A stretch of 64,000 nt of DNA from an uncultured Chloroflexia bacterium (GCA_963847375.1 CAWJZO010000001.1:1346124-1410123); one strand, 5' to 3'; positions 19,643 through 29,880 are shown, counted from the stretch's first letter. Notes: a model not told the origin generated them from the sequence alone. Program-made: numbers and translations.

Positions 19643-21463
19643 GTGACCAACCATGGAGGGGATTGGCGCGAGCGGGCCGTGCCGGCCGAGCAGGCAATCA
19701 CCGTGGTGCGCCCAGGATTCCGCGTCTTCGTCGGCTCCGCCTGCGCCACGCCCCGGACTCTGGTGCAGGCCCTCGAAGCATGGACTGGGGAGCCGGCCGG
19801 CGTAGAGCTCGTGCACTTTCTCACCGATGGAGCAGCGCCGAGTCACGCGGACGGCAGGCGCAACCCGTATCGGCATCGCGCCTGGTTCGTCGGCAGCGAC
19901 ATGCGCGATCTCGCACGCACCGGGAGCGTGGAGTACGTGCCGATTTCGCTGCCCGAGGTGCCGAGGCTGCTCAGCGCTGGCCGCATGGCGTTCGACGTCG
20001 CGTTTATTCAGGTCGCGCCGCCCGACGCGGATGGGATGTGCAGCCTCGGCGTCTCGGTCGATGTGACGCGCGCGGCGGCGCTGGCCGCGGACCGCATCGT
20101 GGCCGAGGTCAACCCGGCGATGCCGCGCACTGGCCCCGCAAGCCGAATCGCGGTCGACCGCATCGAGACGTTCGTGGCCGTGGACGCTCCCGTGATCGAG
20201 TATGTCCATCCCGACGTCGGGCCCGTGGCTGAGAGGATCGCACGCTACGTTGCGCGCCTGATTCCCGACGGTGCGACGCTCCAGATCGGGCTCGGCCGCA
20301 TCCCGAACGAGATGCTTCGCCACCTCGACGAGCGTCGCGGTATTCGCATCCACTCCGACGTGATTACCGATGGGATCCTCGAGCTCGTCGAGCGCGGCGT
20401 CGTGACCGGCCCCATCGTCGGGTCGCTCGCGATCGGCACGCGACGGCTGTACGACTACCTCGACGCCAATCCCAGCATCAGCCTTGAGCCGATCGAGCGA
20501 GTGGCGGACCCTGCCCGCCTCGACGCGCTGCCTGCGCTCGTATCAGTGACCCAGGCTTTCTCGATCGATCTGTCGGGGCAGGTCTGCACCGAGCGCCTGG
20601 AGGGAAGTCCGTATGGTGGCCTCGCTAGCCAGCCGGAATTCCATCGCGCGGCGACGCGGTCTCCCGACGGGCGACCGGTGGTCTGCCTGGCGACGACGTT
20701 CGCGGACGGCAGCTCGGCCATCCGGGTCGCGCTCGAGGCGGGCGAGCCCGTGTCCATCGCACGCGGCGAGGTCCACTGGGTCATCACTGAGTTCGGAATC
20801 GCATACGTGCACGGGCGATCGATCGCCGAGCGCGCCGTAGCGCTGATCGATATCGCCCATCCGGATCACCGCGGTGCGCTGCTCACCGATGCCATCGGCG
20901 CGGGCATCATCCCGGCCGGCCAGACGCTTCGGAGCCGGGTCCCGTACCCGGTGGGCGAAGAGACCGAGATTCGGCTGCGCGACGGCCGGACCGTCGACAT
21001 CCGGCCCACTCGCACGTCGGACGCACGACCGCTTCAGGACCTCTTCTTCCGGATGCGTCCGGAAGACGTCCGGACGCGGTTCTTCCGCAGCCTGCGCTCG
21101 ATGACGGATGAGTTGGCGCAGCACCTCTGCAGCGTCGGCTATGAACAGGAGATGGCATTCGCCGCGATCGTCGGCGAGCGCGAAACGGAGCGCATCGTGG
21201 GAACGGCGTCCTACTTCCTCGACCCGCGCACCGGCCTCGCCGACGTCGCGTACATGGTTGATCCGGATTGGCAGGGGACCGGTCTCGCCTCGGCGCTGCA
21301 GGACCGGACGATCGATTACGCGCGGCGACACGGCGTTCGCGGCTTTACCGCGGACGTCCTGGTTGAGAACGCGGGGATGATGGCGGTGTTCCGCCGCTCG
21401 GGTCTGCGCATGGATACCCACACCGACGCCGGGGCGTTCGAGATCACGATGCTGTTCGACTGA
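19643..21463 (+). CDS. acetyl-CoA hydrolase/transferase family protein fused to a C-terminal GNAT acetyltransferase
   Basis: 606 aa. The N-terminal 400 aa resemble acetyl-CoA hydrolase/transferase. The C-terminus has a GNAT motif A (WQGTGLASALQDRTIDYARRHG). Confidence 0.8.
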   Translation: MTNHGGDWRERAVPAEQAITVVRPGFRVFVGSACATPRTLVQALEAWTGEPAGVELVHFLTDGAAPSHADGRRNPYRHRAWFVGSDMRDLARTGSVEYVPISLPEVPRLLSAGRMAFDVAFIQVAPPDADGMCSLGVSVDVTRAAALAADRIVAEVNPAMPRTGPASRIAVDRIETFVAVDAPVIEYVHPDVGPVAERIARYVARLIPDGATLQIGLGRIPNEMLRHLDERRGIRIHSDVITDGILELVERGVVTGPIVGSLAIGTRRLYDYLDANPSISLEPIERVADPARLDALPALVSVTQAFSIDLSGQVCTERLEGSPYGGLASQPEFHRAATRSPDGRPVVCLATTFADGSSAIRVALEAGEPVSIARGEVHWVITEFGIAYVHGRSIAERAVALIDIAHPDHRGALLTDAIGAGIIPAGQTLRSRVPYPVGEETEIRLRDGRTVDIRPTRTSDARPLQDLFFRMRPEDVRTRFFRSLRSMTDELAQHLCSVGYEQEMAFAAIVGERETERIVGTASYFLDPRTGLADVAYMVDPDWQGTGLASALQDRTIDYARRHGVRGFTADVLVENAGMMAVFRRSGLRMDTHTDAGAFEITMLFD

Positions 21464-21552
21464 CTTGACCGCCAAATGGATTCGTTTACCACATCGAGGG
21501 GCCTTCCAGCGCGCCCCCCTCGGCGACCTCGGAGCCTCCGGGCTGGCCCGGA

Positions 21553-22233
21553 TCAGGAAGGCTCGGGCGCGGGCGCGCCTTCGACGCGCGCGTGGAGCTC
21601 CCCGGCGATGTCCTCGACCTGCTGCCTGCTGACCTCATCCGGCGGGCCGAACGTCGTCACTTCGTACACGAACGCCCCATCCGCGAAGTAGACGCTGTAC
21701 CTGGCCTCCGGCTCGACGTCATCGCCGATCTCATCGATCCTCTCCTGGGTCGCGATCGCCTGCACACCCTTTGCATTCGGCACGCCGGCCGGTTGGAACT
21801 CGGTGATCTCGTAAGCACACGTCTCGGGACAAGGCCTGAGACCGATGCGGTGCGCCACTTCGACGGCCGCGTTCGCTCCCTCCTCCGACTCGAACTCGTA
21901 GACGGCAGTGGAGACGTGAGGCGCCCCCGGGACGTGCCCGCCGCCTTCGTCGCTCGGGAAGAAGCGGGTATCGATGACCATGGAGACGAATCCCGCCTCA
22001 CCGATTGCGAGGAGATCTTCCTCGTACACCTCGGGCCCGGCTAGCTCGGACTCGAGCTCCTCGAGCCCCGTCGCCGTGACGGGCGTCTCGTCCGGGTCCG
22101 GCTCGGAGCCGGGCGCCTCGGCAGCGCCCACCACCCTCTGCTCCAGCGTCAGGGGTGCTCTGGCCTCTTCACCTCCGCATGCCGCGACCAGCAAACTGAC
22201 GACGAACGCGGCAGCGATTGTGACCAACCTCAT
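21553..22233 (-). CDS. hypothetical lipoprotein
   Basis: 226 aa with a lipobox (LLVAAC|GG). Confidence 0.6.
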   Translation of the reverse strand: MRLVTIAAAFVVSLLVAACGGEEARAPLTLEQRVVGAAEAPGSEPDPDETPVTATGLEELESELAGPEVYEEDLLAIGEAGFVSMVIDTRFFPSDEGGGHVPGAPHVSTAVYEFESEEGANAAVEVAHRIGLRPCPETCAYEITEFQPAGVPNAKGVQAIATQERIDEIGDDVEPEARYSVYFADGAFVYEVTTFGPPDEVSRQQVEDIAGELHARVEGAPAPEPS

Positions 22234-22309
22234 CGGCGGATCTTACTTCGAACACATGTCCTGGCGGACTGCCCGACCGAGGTTCGCGGCGGACGGTAAA
22301 GGTGGTGGG

Positions 22310-23008
22310 TCAGTCCTTATTCTCGCCGGAGAGGTCCTTGTCCTCCATCTCACAGGCATGGTCGAGAGTGTGATATGCAGAGTGCCGGAGGAGGAAGGGT
22401 AGCGTCCACGACCGCATGCGCCGCGCGACCTCCCCGGCGTTGTACGCGCGCATCGCCGCGAGGTAGGTATCTCGATGCTGCCGCAGCCCATCGGGGGTCA
22501 GTGCTCCCTCCTCAGGAATGCGCAACCCGACCTGCTTCGCGAATTCCTCGCTTTCGTTGCGAATGGTGTGGCGGATGATCCGGTCGCGGTCGCGTCCTCC
22601 CCCGCGCGGGCCCTTGCGCATCTCCGGCGAGACCCGCGCCGCGACGCCGTCGAAGTACGTCCAGCACGCCCGCAGTAACGCTATCCCGCGCTCGAGCTCC
22701 GCGTCGGTCATCGGCTCGTGCTCGGCCGCAGAGGGCGAGAACGAGATGCCCCAGAAGTCGGTCGAGCCTGTACCGACCTTGTCCTCGACGATCTCGAGTT
22801 GCCCGGCGGCGTCGAACTCGCGTGCGAGCCCGGCGAGCCCCGCGACCGGGCGGTAACGCTCCCGATAGGACTCGAGCGTCTCTAGGGCACGCTCGGCGCT
22901 CCTCGCGCCTCGACTCCACCCTGGCCAGTCGATGCCGAAGGCCACACACCGCTTGTCCTTAGGGCCTCGTTCGATGACTGTGCGGACGGGCATGGCTGAG
23001 TATTGCAT
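22310..23008 (-). CDS. conserved hypothetical protein
   Basis: Protein-like sequence begins at ATG 23008 (MQYSAMPVRT...). The upstream 113 codons of the 345-aa track ORF look non-coding. Family not recognised. Confidence 0.5.
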   Translation of the reverse strand: MQYSAMPVRTVIERGPKDKRCVAFGIDWPGWSRGARSAERALETLESYRERYRPVAGLAGLAREFDAAGQLEIVEDKVGTGSTDFWGISFSPSAAEHEPMTDAELERGIALLRACWTYFDGVAARVSPEMRKGPRGGGRDRDRIIRHTIRNESEEFAKQVGLRIPEEGALTPDGLRQHRDTYLAAMRAYNAGEVARRMRSWTLPFLLRHSAYHTLDHACEMEDKDLSGENKD

Positions 23009-23150
23009 TGGACACGTCTCCATGGGCGGACGGGAAGACGGCGACAGCAGCCCGAGGGGCCCAGATGCTTGGGTCGAACGTGCCAGTGGCTCAAGCGGCA
23101 CCTTCCCCGGCAACGTGTAGCTTGACGGGTACGTATCCATATGGTTACAT

Positions 23151-23480
23151 ATGGCAATGGACGACGCGCTGCATGCACTCGCCGACGAGAGCCGCCGAGT
23201 CATGCTGGAGGCATTGCGCGACCATCCAGCGAGCGCGGGCGAGCTCGCATCCCTCCTGCCAATCGCTCGTCCTGGCGCGTCCCGGCACTTGAAAGTGCTG
23301 CGGGAGGCTGGCCTGGTCGACGTCCGCGACGATGGGCAATTCCGCATCTACAGCCTCCGACCCGAGCCCATGGCCGAGGTCGACCGGTGGCTGTCGCCCT
23401 ATCGAGATCTGTGGCAACAGCGTCTGGATGCGCTCCAGACCGAAGTTGCCCGTGGTAAGCACGAAAGGAAGAAGACGTGA
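23151..23480 (+). CDS. ArsR/SmtB family transcriptional regulator
   Basis: 109 aa. HTH ...ELASLLPIARPGASRHLKVLREAGLV... Confidence 0.85.
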   Translation: MAMDDALHALADESRRVMLEALRDHPASAGELASLLPIARPGASRHLKVLREAGLVDVRDDGQFRIYSLRPEPMAEVDRWLSPYRDLWQQRLDALQTEVARGKHERKKT

Positions 23481-24010
23481 CCGACTCGAACGCGGTGTAC
23501 ACAGGTCGCGTGACCGGCTCCCTGCGCGCCATCGACGACCGTCGCGGAGCCGTGCGCATGGAAGACGTCTTCGACACGGACCCCGCCGACCTGTGGGACG
23601 CGATGACCGATCCGCGGCGACTGGCACGCTGGATCGCGGAAGTCGATGGGGATCTACGCGTTGGCGGCGCCGTTCAGGCGCGTTTTACCAGTGGCTGGGA
23701 GGGTCCAGGGCGCATCGAGACATGCGACCCTCCGCATCGCCTCGTCGCGAGGATGGTTCCGGACACGCCGGATGAGACCGTCATCGAGGCCACCATCACG
23801 CCGGAGGGATCCTCGAGTCGCCTCGTGCTCGAAGAACGCGGAATCCGCCTGCCTGAAATCGCGGGACACGGGGCAGGTTGGCATGCCCACATCGAGGACC
23901 TCCGCTCCCATCTCGAGCTTGGCCAGCCCTCCCAATGGGCTACACGCTGGGCCGAGCTCACGCCTGAGTATCAGGACCTGGCGCTGGGACTGGCGGCCTC
24001 TGGGGATTGA
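23477..24010 (+). CDS. SRPBCC/Aha1-like domain protein
   Basis: 177 aa. Start overlaps the ArsR stop (GTGA). Typical ArsR-SRPBCC pair with the DLWDAMTDP..L.RW motif. Confidence 0.8.
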   Translation: MTDSNAVYTGRVTGSLRAIDDRRGAVRMEDVFDTDPADLWDAMTDPRRLARWIAEVDGDLRVGGAVQARFTSGWEGPGRIETCDPPHRLVARMVPDTPDETVIEATITPEGSSSRLVLEERGIRLPEIAGHGAGWHAHIEDLRSHLELGQPSQWATRWAELTPEYQDLALGLAASGD

Positions 24011-24040
24011 ACCCACAACTGCTCGACAGGCGCTGGCCGA

Positions 24041-24160
24041 GCGCTGACGCACAATGCAGAACGAGTCATCCGCTCTGTTCGAGCGTGAATCGGCGCCCGT
24101 AGTTCAGCGGATCAGAGCAGCCTGACTTCGGAGTATCTCGGCCGATGCGCTAGGACCGAG
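24041..24160 (+). repeat. tRNA-half-like repeat, copy A (leader plus head, 3' arm replaced)
   Basis: Leader GCGCTGACGCACAATG..CGAGTCATCCGCTC-TGTTC-GAGCG. Head starts at 24093 (GCGCCCGTAGTTCAGCGGATCAGAGCAGCCTGACTTCGGA). Similarity to other copies stops after GCCGATGCGCT, but the CTCGG/CCGAG stem is kept. Confidence 0.8.
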
Positions 24161-24213
24161 TCTGACGATCGGCTGAACGGTGTACCTCAACCGATCGGTT
24201 CGTCCCGGGATTA

Positions 24214-25440
24214 GTGTTCGGGGCGATGGAGCCAAGCGAGTCGGCCACCGTACCCTCGATCTCTCTCGCCGCTCTCACTGCCCGATTTCTGCGATTTGGG
24301 TTCCTCGCATGGGGCGGCCCGGTGGCACAGATCGCGATGCTTCGGCGCGAGCTCGTCGACGAGGAGCGGTGGATCTCGTCTGACCGCTTCAATCGGACGC
24401 TCGCCGTGTACCAAGTGCTGCCTGGACCAGAGGCGCAGGAGCTCTGCATCTTCTTTGGAATGACCGCGCGTGGAACGCTGGGAGGCTTTCTCGCCGGCAT
24501 GGGGTTCCTGCTACCGGGCTTCGTCCTCATGTTCGGCCTGTCGTGGTTCTACGTCGAAATTGGCATTGACTCGCCGTTGTTTGCCGCAGCATTCGCGGGC
24601 TGCCAGGCTGCTGTCATCGCGATCATCGTCCGCGGATTGCATCGCTTGGCGGATCGGTCCCTCCGCGATGGATGGCTGTGGGCGATCGCAAGTGCCGCGC
24701 TGATCGCGACCCTCGCCGGCGTGCACTTCTCGATTCCGCTCGCGGCGGGCGCCGTCGTGTACCTCGCCCACAGCAGCCGGCGCTCGACCCTCGCAGCGGC
24801 GGTGCTGGCGGCGGTGCTCGTTGGCACCATTGGGCTCGCGGGAGCGAGCGGTCGACTGGCGAACCCGGGCGTGGAAGGTCCACCCGAAGACGTCGCGATG
24901 CCGCCGGAGCGCGCTGGTGCGTCTGAGCTGCTGGCCACCGGCCTGAAGGCCGGAGCGCTGACGTTCGGAGGCGCCTATACCGCGATCCCCTTCGTCCAGG
25001 ACGATGCAGTGCGACAGAACCATTGGGTGACCAACGAGCAGTTCCTGGACGGCCTCGCCCTCGCCGGAATCATTCCGGCACCCCTGATCATCTTCGCGAC
25101 ATTTGTCGGCTACGTTGCCGGCGGTCCAATCGGCGCGATCGCGATCACGGTCGGAATCTTCCTGCCCGCGTTCGTGATCACGTTGCTCGGACATCGATGG
25201 CTCGGGGCCGCAGTCGAGAACCCCAGGCTGCATGCCGTGCTCGACGGGGTCACCGCGGGTGTGATCGGCCTGGTGGCGGCGACCGCGATCCCGCTCGCGT
25301 TCGCAGCGCTCTCAAGCACTGCAGCTATCGCGATCTTTGGAGCGGCGCTCGTGACGCTCTACATCTGGCGACCCGGGATCGCCGTCGCGGTGGTCGTCGC
25401 CGGGGCGGGAGTGGTCGGAGTTCTCGCATTCCCGTCGTGA
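24214..25440 (+). CDS. chrA: chromate transporter (CHR family, duplicated)
   Basis: 408 aa. FGFLAWGGPVAQIAML and GALTFGGAYTAIPF motifs of the two CHR halves. Confidence 0.9.
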   Translation: MFGAMEPSESATVPSISLAALTARFLRFGFLAWGGPVAQIAMLRRELVDEERWISSDRFNRTLAVYQVLPGPEAQELCIFFGMTARGTLGGFLAGMGFLLPGFVLMFGLSWFYVEIGIDSPLFAAAFAGCQAAVIAIIVRGLHRLADRSLRDGWLWAIASAALIATLAGVHFSIPLAAGAVVYLAHSSRRSTLAAAVLAAVLVGTIGLAGASGRLANPGVEGPPEDVAMPPERAGASELLATGLKAGALTFGGAYTAIPFVQDDAVRQNHWVTNEQFLDGLALAGIIPAPLIIFATFVGYVAGGPIGAIAITVGIFLPAFVITLLGHRWLGAAVENPRLHAVLDGVTAGVIGLVAATAIPLAFAALSSTAAIAIFGAALVTLYIWRPGIAVAVVVAGAGVVGVLAFPS

Positions 25441-25815
25441 CGGATTGGCGGCATTGAGACCATCCGGAGGTTCCTCGCCGCCCGGTATGGCTCTTCCGTC
25501 TTGACGTCGACAGAAGCCGCGAACGCTCGATTACTGCGGCCGCAGGACCCACCAGAGAGGAACTCTTTCCATCGATTTGACCCTTCCAATTGACCGCGGC
25601 GGTACGATTCATGTGACTCGAGCGGTTGCATATTTCTGTGCCGAGCAACGTCTCCAGAACGTGCCTCCGACGACACCGGACCGAAGCCGTCGGCGACCCT
25701 CCCACGCCGATCGGCGACCCTCCAGGCCGAAGTCGCCCGAGCCGGCCAACCCCGCGCAACCCGACTCGACGCAGGGATCTGCCGCGGGCCAACCTGGAGC
25801 CGGAAGGAGCACCAT

Positions 25816-26694
25816 ATGTCGGTATCCGAGAGTCTCAATAAGCTGGCCGACCGCGCGTCGATCACCGAACGCGAGCGCGAGCAGATCGAGCGCGCCAACG
25901 CGACGACCGCGACGCCGGTGGCGTTCATCCACGGGCTGTGGCTGTTGCCCTCGAGCTGGGACAACTGGGCAACGTTGTTCGCGGAGGCCGGGTACGTCGC
26001 ACTGACTCCGGACTGGCCTGATGATCCCGAAACGGTCGAAGTGGCCCGGGCGGAGCCCGAGGTTCTCGCCAGCAAGACCCTGAAGCAGGTCGCCGATCAC
26101 ACGACCCAGATCTTCACTGCCCTGGACAGGAAGCCAGTGGTCATCGGGCACTCGACTGGCGGGTTGCTCGCGGAGATGCTCGCGGGGCAGGGCCTCGCGG
26201 CGGTCACCGTGGCGATCGACCCGGGAGTCTTCCGTGGGGTTCTGCCACTGCCGCTGTCGGTGCTCAGATCCGCAGGCCCCTTCCTGGTCAACCCGCGCAA
26301 TCGCGGCCGCGCGCTCACGCTCACGTTCGACCAGTTCCGATACGCCTGGACGAACAACCTGGACGAGGAGGAGTCAATGGAGCTCTACGACAAGTTCCAT
26401 GTCGCCGCCTCCGGGGTCTCTCTCGCGCAGATGGGCAATGCGAACCTCAACCCGTGGACCGAGGCGAAGGTTGACACGAAGAACCCCGACCGCGGTCCCC
26501 TGCTGATCATCGAGGGCGAGAAGGACCACACGGTGCCGTGGGCCATCGCGAACGCCGCCTACAAGCGGCAGAAGCGCAACCCTGGTGTGACGGAGATCGT
26601 GAAGATCCCGAACCGAGGCCACTCCCTCACGATCGACCATGGCTGGCGCGAGGTTGCCGAGACCACCCTCTCCTTCGTCAAGAGGTTCGTCTAG
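25816..26694 (+). CDS. alpha/beta hydrolase
   Basis: 292 aa. Nucleophile elbow GHSTGG and C-terminal GHSL histidine motif. Confidence 0.85.
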   Translation: MSVSESLNKLADRASITEREREQIERANATTATPVAFIHGLWLLPSSWDNWATLFAEAGYVALTPDWPDDPETVEVARAEPEVLASKTLKQVADHTTQIFTALDRKPVVIGHSTGGLLAEMLAGQGLAAVTVAIDPGVFRGVLPLPLSVLRSAGPFLVNPRNRGRALTLTFDQFRYAWTNNLDEEESMELYDKFHVAASGVSLAQMGNANLNPWTEAKVDTKNPDRGPLLIIEGEKDHTVPWAIANAAYKRQKRNPGVTEIVKIPNRGHSLTIDHGWREVAETTLSFVKRFV

Positions 26695-26863
26695 GCGTCG
26701 GCCCACCCGATGTGCGCACCACCGGCCGGCGCTGAGACCGACCGGAACGCGGGCGTCGATCCGCTCCCAACTGGCGGGTCGACGCCCGGATCGGGCTTGC
26801 TGCCTTCGATTGTGCGATGGGTGCGGATGCTTGACGCTCACCCGGTTTAGCGCGATAGGGATG

Positions 26864-26995
26864 GCGCGCTAGAGCCTGTCGGTGGCGTCGCCACGATTGC
26901 GCGATGCGGACGATTGGTCTATGGCGGTCGCCGATGCGCTGTAGCCCGAGCGTGGGTGGGGGAGGGTAGAGCGCCGTGTTATCTGGCGTGTTTCC
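26864..26995 (+). repeat. tRNA-half-like repeat, copy B (degenerate head, intact 3' arm)
   Basis: The 3' arm 26929-26995 (GCCGATGCGCTGTAGCCCGAGCGTGGGTGGGGGAGGGTAGAGCGCCGTGTTATCTGGCGTGTTTCC) aligns with other copies. The head position holds a divergent sequence (GCGCGCTAGAGCC...). Confidence 0.6.
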
Positions 26996-27028
26996 AGCCT
27001 CGACAGACTTGGGACTTCCAGTGGCGCA

Positions 27029-27063
27029 AGTGGCACGGAATGACCACACTCGGTCGAATCACC
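27029..27063 (+). repeat. leader-like fragment downstream of copy B
   Basis: AGTGGCACGGAATGACCACACTCGGTCGAATCACC resembles the leader GTGGCACAATGCCGGTCGAGTTATCC of copies E, F and G. Confidence 0.35.
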
Positions 27064-27065
27064 AT

Positions 27066-27881
27066 CTAGCCCGGCCGTCCCTCTGCATCGCACGGAAGCT
27101 GAGCGCCGCCGGCGGCGACCTCATCCTGGATCAGCCGGGCGGACGCCTCCATCTCGGTCGGAGCGATGTACGCACCGTCCTCCTGGTAAGGGCGATCGAG
27201 GAAGTTGATGACCAGCAAGCCGGAGACGATGAGGCCGGTGATTGATCCGACCATGACGGCCTGGGTCCACCAGCGCTCGCGCCGGTCGGCAAACACGACC
27301 ATGTACGCGACGGTGAGGACCGCCCCGAGCACCAGCATCGACCAGACCGCCCCGGGGACGGACGGCGCGGATTCGGCAAGCCGCGTCCGCCTGCCCTCTC
27401 TTCGGACTGCCATCTCCTCCAGCCAGTGGCCGAGTGCCACCTCGCTCACACTGTCATCGATGGGCATCTCGTCGATCGTCGTCTCGATCTGCGCGAGCCA
27501 GCCGAGGACCACGTCGCTCTCGCCGCCTTCGCGCATGAGGGGCCACTCGTCCGAGATGACGGCGCGTGCGTAGCAGCCGAGGCTATCACGGAGCTCTTCG
27601 CCCTCCGGCACTGGGAACAACCGACTGACGCGCGCCAATTGGGTGATCGCGACAGCCTCGCGGGAAGCCCCTTCGCTCGCCCGGACATAGCTTTCGAACC
27701 CAAGGAACATGACGAACGCGAGAATCACGGCAAACGCGACGCCGAGCACTCCGAACACGGCCGCGGCAGGAACGGGATCGTGGACTAGCCCGTGAGGGCT
27801 GACCCGACGTGCGGCAAGCATCAGCAGGACCACCACGATCGCGGAGCCGACCAACAGCGCCAGGGCCAAGAACGGAATCAT
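27066..27881 (-). CDS. DUF4239 domain membrane protein
   Basis: Start moved to ATG 27881, preceded by GGAGGGAAG. Two N-terminal and two C-terminal helices flank a soluble domain, as in DUF4239. Confidence 0.7.
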   Translation of the reverse strand: MIPFLALALLVGSAIVVVLLMLAARRVSPHGLVHDPVPAAAVFGVLGVAFAVILAFVMFLGFESYVRASEGASREAVAITQLARVSRLFPVPEGEELRDSLGCYARAVISDEWPLMREGGESDVVLGWLAQIETTIDEMPIDDSVSEVALGHWLEEMAVRREGRRTRLAESAPSVPGAVWSMLVLGAVLTVAYMVVFADRRERWWTQAVMVGSITGLIVSGLLVINFLDRPYQEDGAYIAPTEMEASARLIQDEVAAGGAQLPCDAEGRPG

Positions 27882-28132
27882 CTTCCCTCCACCACCCAGT
27901 TCGATGAGATGCCGGACGCCACGGGTCACGATCTCCCGGGCGCCCCGAGTCATGGCGTCGAGGAGGTCCGCGGCGTTGGGCGACCTCCCGCCCATCGCAT
28001 CCCGAGTATGGCGCCTCGTGCGGTGACCGGGAAGGCCGCCCTTCGGTCTCTGAACCGGGTCACTCACCTGCCGCAAGGCCTGGCGTCGTCGTCCCAGCTC
28101 AGGCTGCGGGGCACCTGGCCCAAGGTGGCGGG

Positions 28133-29818
28133 GTGCCTCATCATCGGGATATGACCGCCGCGCTTACCGGCTACGCATCCAGGTCGTGGGCCGCGCTTCG
28201 CGAAGCCGGAAGCAACCCGAGCATCCGGCTCGTCGTGCTCGCCTACATCGTGTTCACCGTGTCCAAGTGGGCGCTGCGGATCGCCAAGTACGTCTACCTC
28301 TATGAGGTCGCGGGGCCGTTCGGCATCGCCATTCTCGGGATCATCCAGATCATTCCGTCGATCCTCGGGGTTCCTTTCGCCAGCGGGCTTGGCGACCGAT
28401 TCGCGCGGGATCGCGTCCTTACTGTGAACTACACCCTGTGCGCGGTCGGTTCGGCGGCGCTCGCCTACGTGCTGAGCGCCGGTTCCGACATCACCCTGTT
28501 CTACCTGCTGGCGGCGGCCGTGGAGGTCCTTGGGCAGATCGTCCGACCCATCCAGGCCGCGCTGCTCCCCGCGCTGGCGCGCACGCCGAGCGAGCTCGTC
28601 GCGGGGAACGTGGCATTGAGCACCTCGGAGGCGTTCGGGGCACTTGCGGGCCCCGCGCTGGGGGCAGCCATCCTCGTGAGTGGCGGGCCGGCGCTCGTCG
28701 CCGTGGCAGCGGCCGGTGGGTGCGCCATTTCGGTGCTGGCCATCACGCGGGTCCACATGGGGAGCGCCATGCGCCCCATGGCCGAGCGCGTCTCGATCGG
28801 GGGTACCGGATTTCTGGCAGGCGTTGGAGAAGCCCTGCGCGCGTTCGCCCGACTCCCTGCCGCGAGGGCGATCGCGACTGGATTCCTGATGCAGAGCACG
28901 GTCCACGGCATGCTGACGGTTCTGCTGGTCGTGCTCGCCACCTCAACGCTCGCGTTGGGCGCACCCGGCGTCGGCACGCTTCACGCTGCCATGGGCGCTG
29001 GCGGGGTCATCGCCGCCGTCTTCGCCATGGGCTTGATCGGCCACCATCGGCTCGGGCCGGCGTGGGCGCTGGCTCTGGTCGGCTACGGCCTGCCGATCCT
29101 CTTCATCGGTCTCGTGCCAAGCGCGATCGTGGCCATCGTGCTTCTGACGGTCGTCGGGATCAACAACGCTATCCTCGAGGTGTCCGGCTTCACGCTTCTC
29201 CAGAGGACCGTGCCCGACAGTATCCGTGCCGGCGTCCTCGGAGCCGTGGAGGGCCTGATCGGGCTTGGCTACGCCGTAGGCGGCGTGCTCGGGTCCCTCT
29301 TGGTCGAGCGGACCGACATCCGCCTTGCGCTCGTCGGCGCCGGCGCGATCCTGCCACTTGTCGCGCTGCTCCTCTGGTCGCGAGCATCTCGTCTCGACAG
29401 CGAGTACATCGTCCCCGAGGCAAAGTTGGATGTTCTGCGCGGCCTACCGATATTCGCGCCACTGTCACTCGCCGCTTTGGAGCACGTCGCGGCAGGGCTG
29501 ACCGAGACCCGCTATGCGGCCGCCACGAATATCATCCGCGAGGGTGATCCCGGCGAGGCGTTCTTCGTGGTCATCGATGGCACGGCTGAAGTGATTGAGC
29601 GAGGACAGCACCAAGCTGATCTGGGGCCCCACGCCTCGTTCGGCGAGATCGCGCTCATCAGGGGCATGCCGTGCCCGGCGACCGTGCGCGCGACTACAGA
29701 CGTCATCGCCTACCGCCTGCCGAGTTCGGACTTTCTCTCAGCCGTCACGGGCCATCCTCACAGCCCGACAACGGCGGAGCAGGTGATCACGGACCCCTCT
29801 GCCCCTGACTGGGCCTAA
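28133..29818 (+). CDS. MFS transporter fused to a C-terminal cyclic-nucleotide-binding domain
   Basis: 561 aa. Twelve-helix MFS region, then a cNMP-binding motif (FGEIALIRGMPCPATVRA). Confidence 0.8.
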   Translation: MPHHRDMTAALTGYASRSWAALREAGSNPSIRLVVLAYIVFTVSKWALRIAKYVYLYEVAGPFGIAILGIIQIIPSILGVPFASGLGDRFARDRVLTVNYTLCAVGSAALAYVLSAGSDITLFYLLAAAVEVLGQIVRPIQAALLPALARTPSELVAGNVALSTSEAFGALAGPALGAAILVSGGPALVAVAAAGGCAISVLAITRVHMGSAMRPMAERVSIGGTGFLAGVGEALRAFARLPAARAIATGFLMQSTVHGMLTVLLVVLATSTLALGAPGVGTLHAAMGAGGVIAAVFAMGLIGHHRLGPAWALALVGYGLPILFIGLVPSAIVAIVLLTVVGINNAILEVSGFTLLQRTVPDSIRAGVLGAVEGLIGLGYAVGGVLGSLLVERTDIRLALVGAGAILPLVALLLWSRASRLDSEYIVPEAKLDVLRGLPIFAPLSLAALEHVAAGLTETRYAAATNIIREGDPGEAFFVVIDGTAEVIERGQHQADLGPHASFGEIALIRGMPCPATVRATTDVIAYRLPSSDFLSAVTGHPHSPTTAEQVITDPSAPDWA

Positions 29819-29880
29819 GTGAGGACGCCGCCGCTCTCCCGACTCACACACGCCTCATAGAGGCGCGACGCGAGTCGTCG

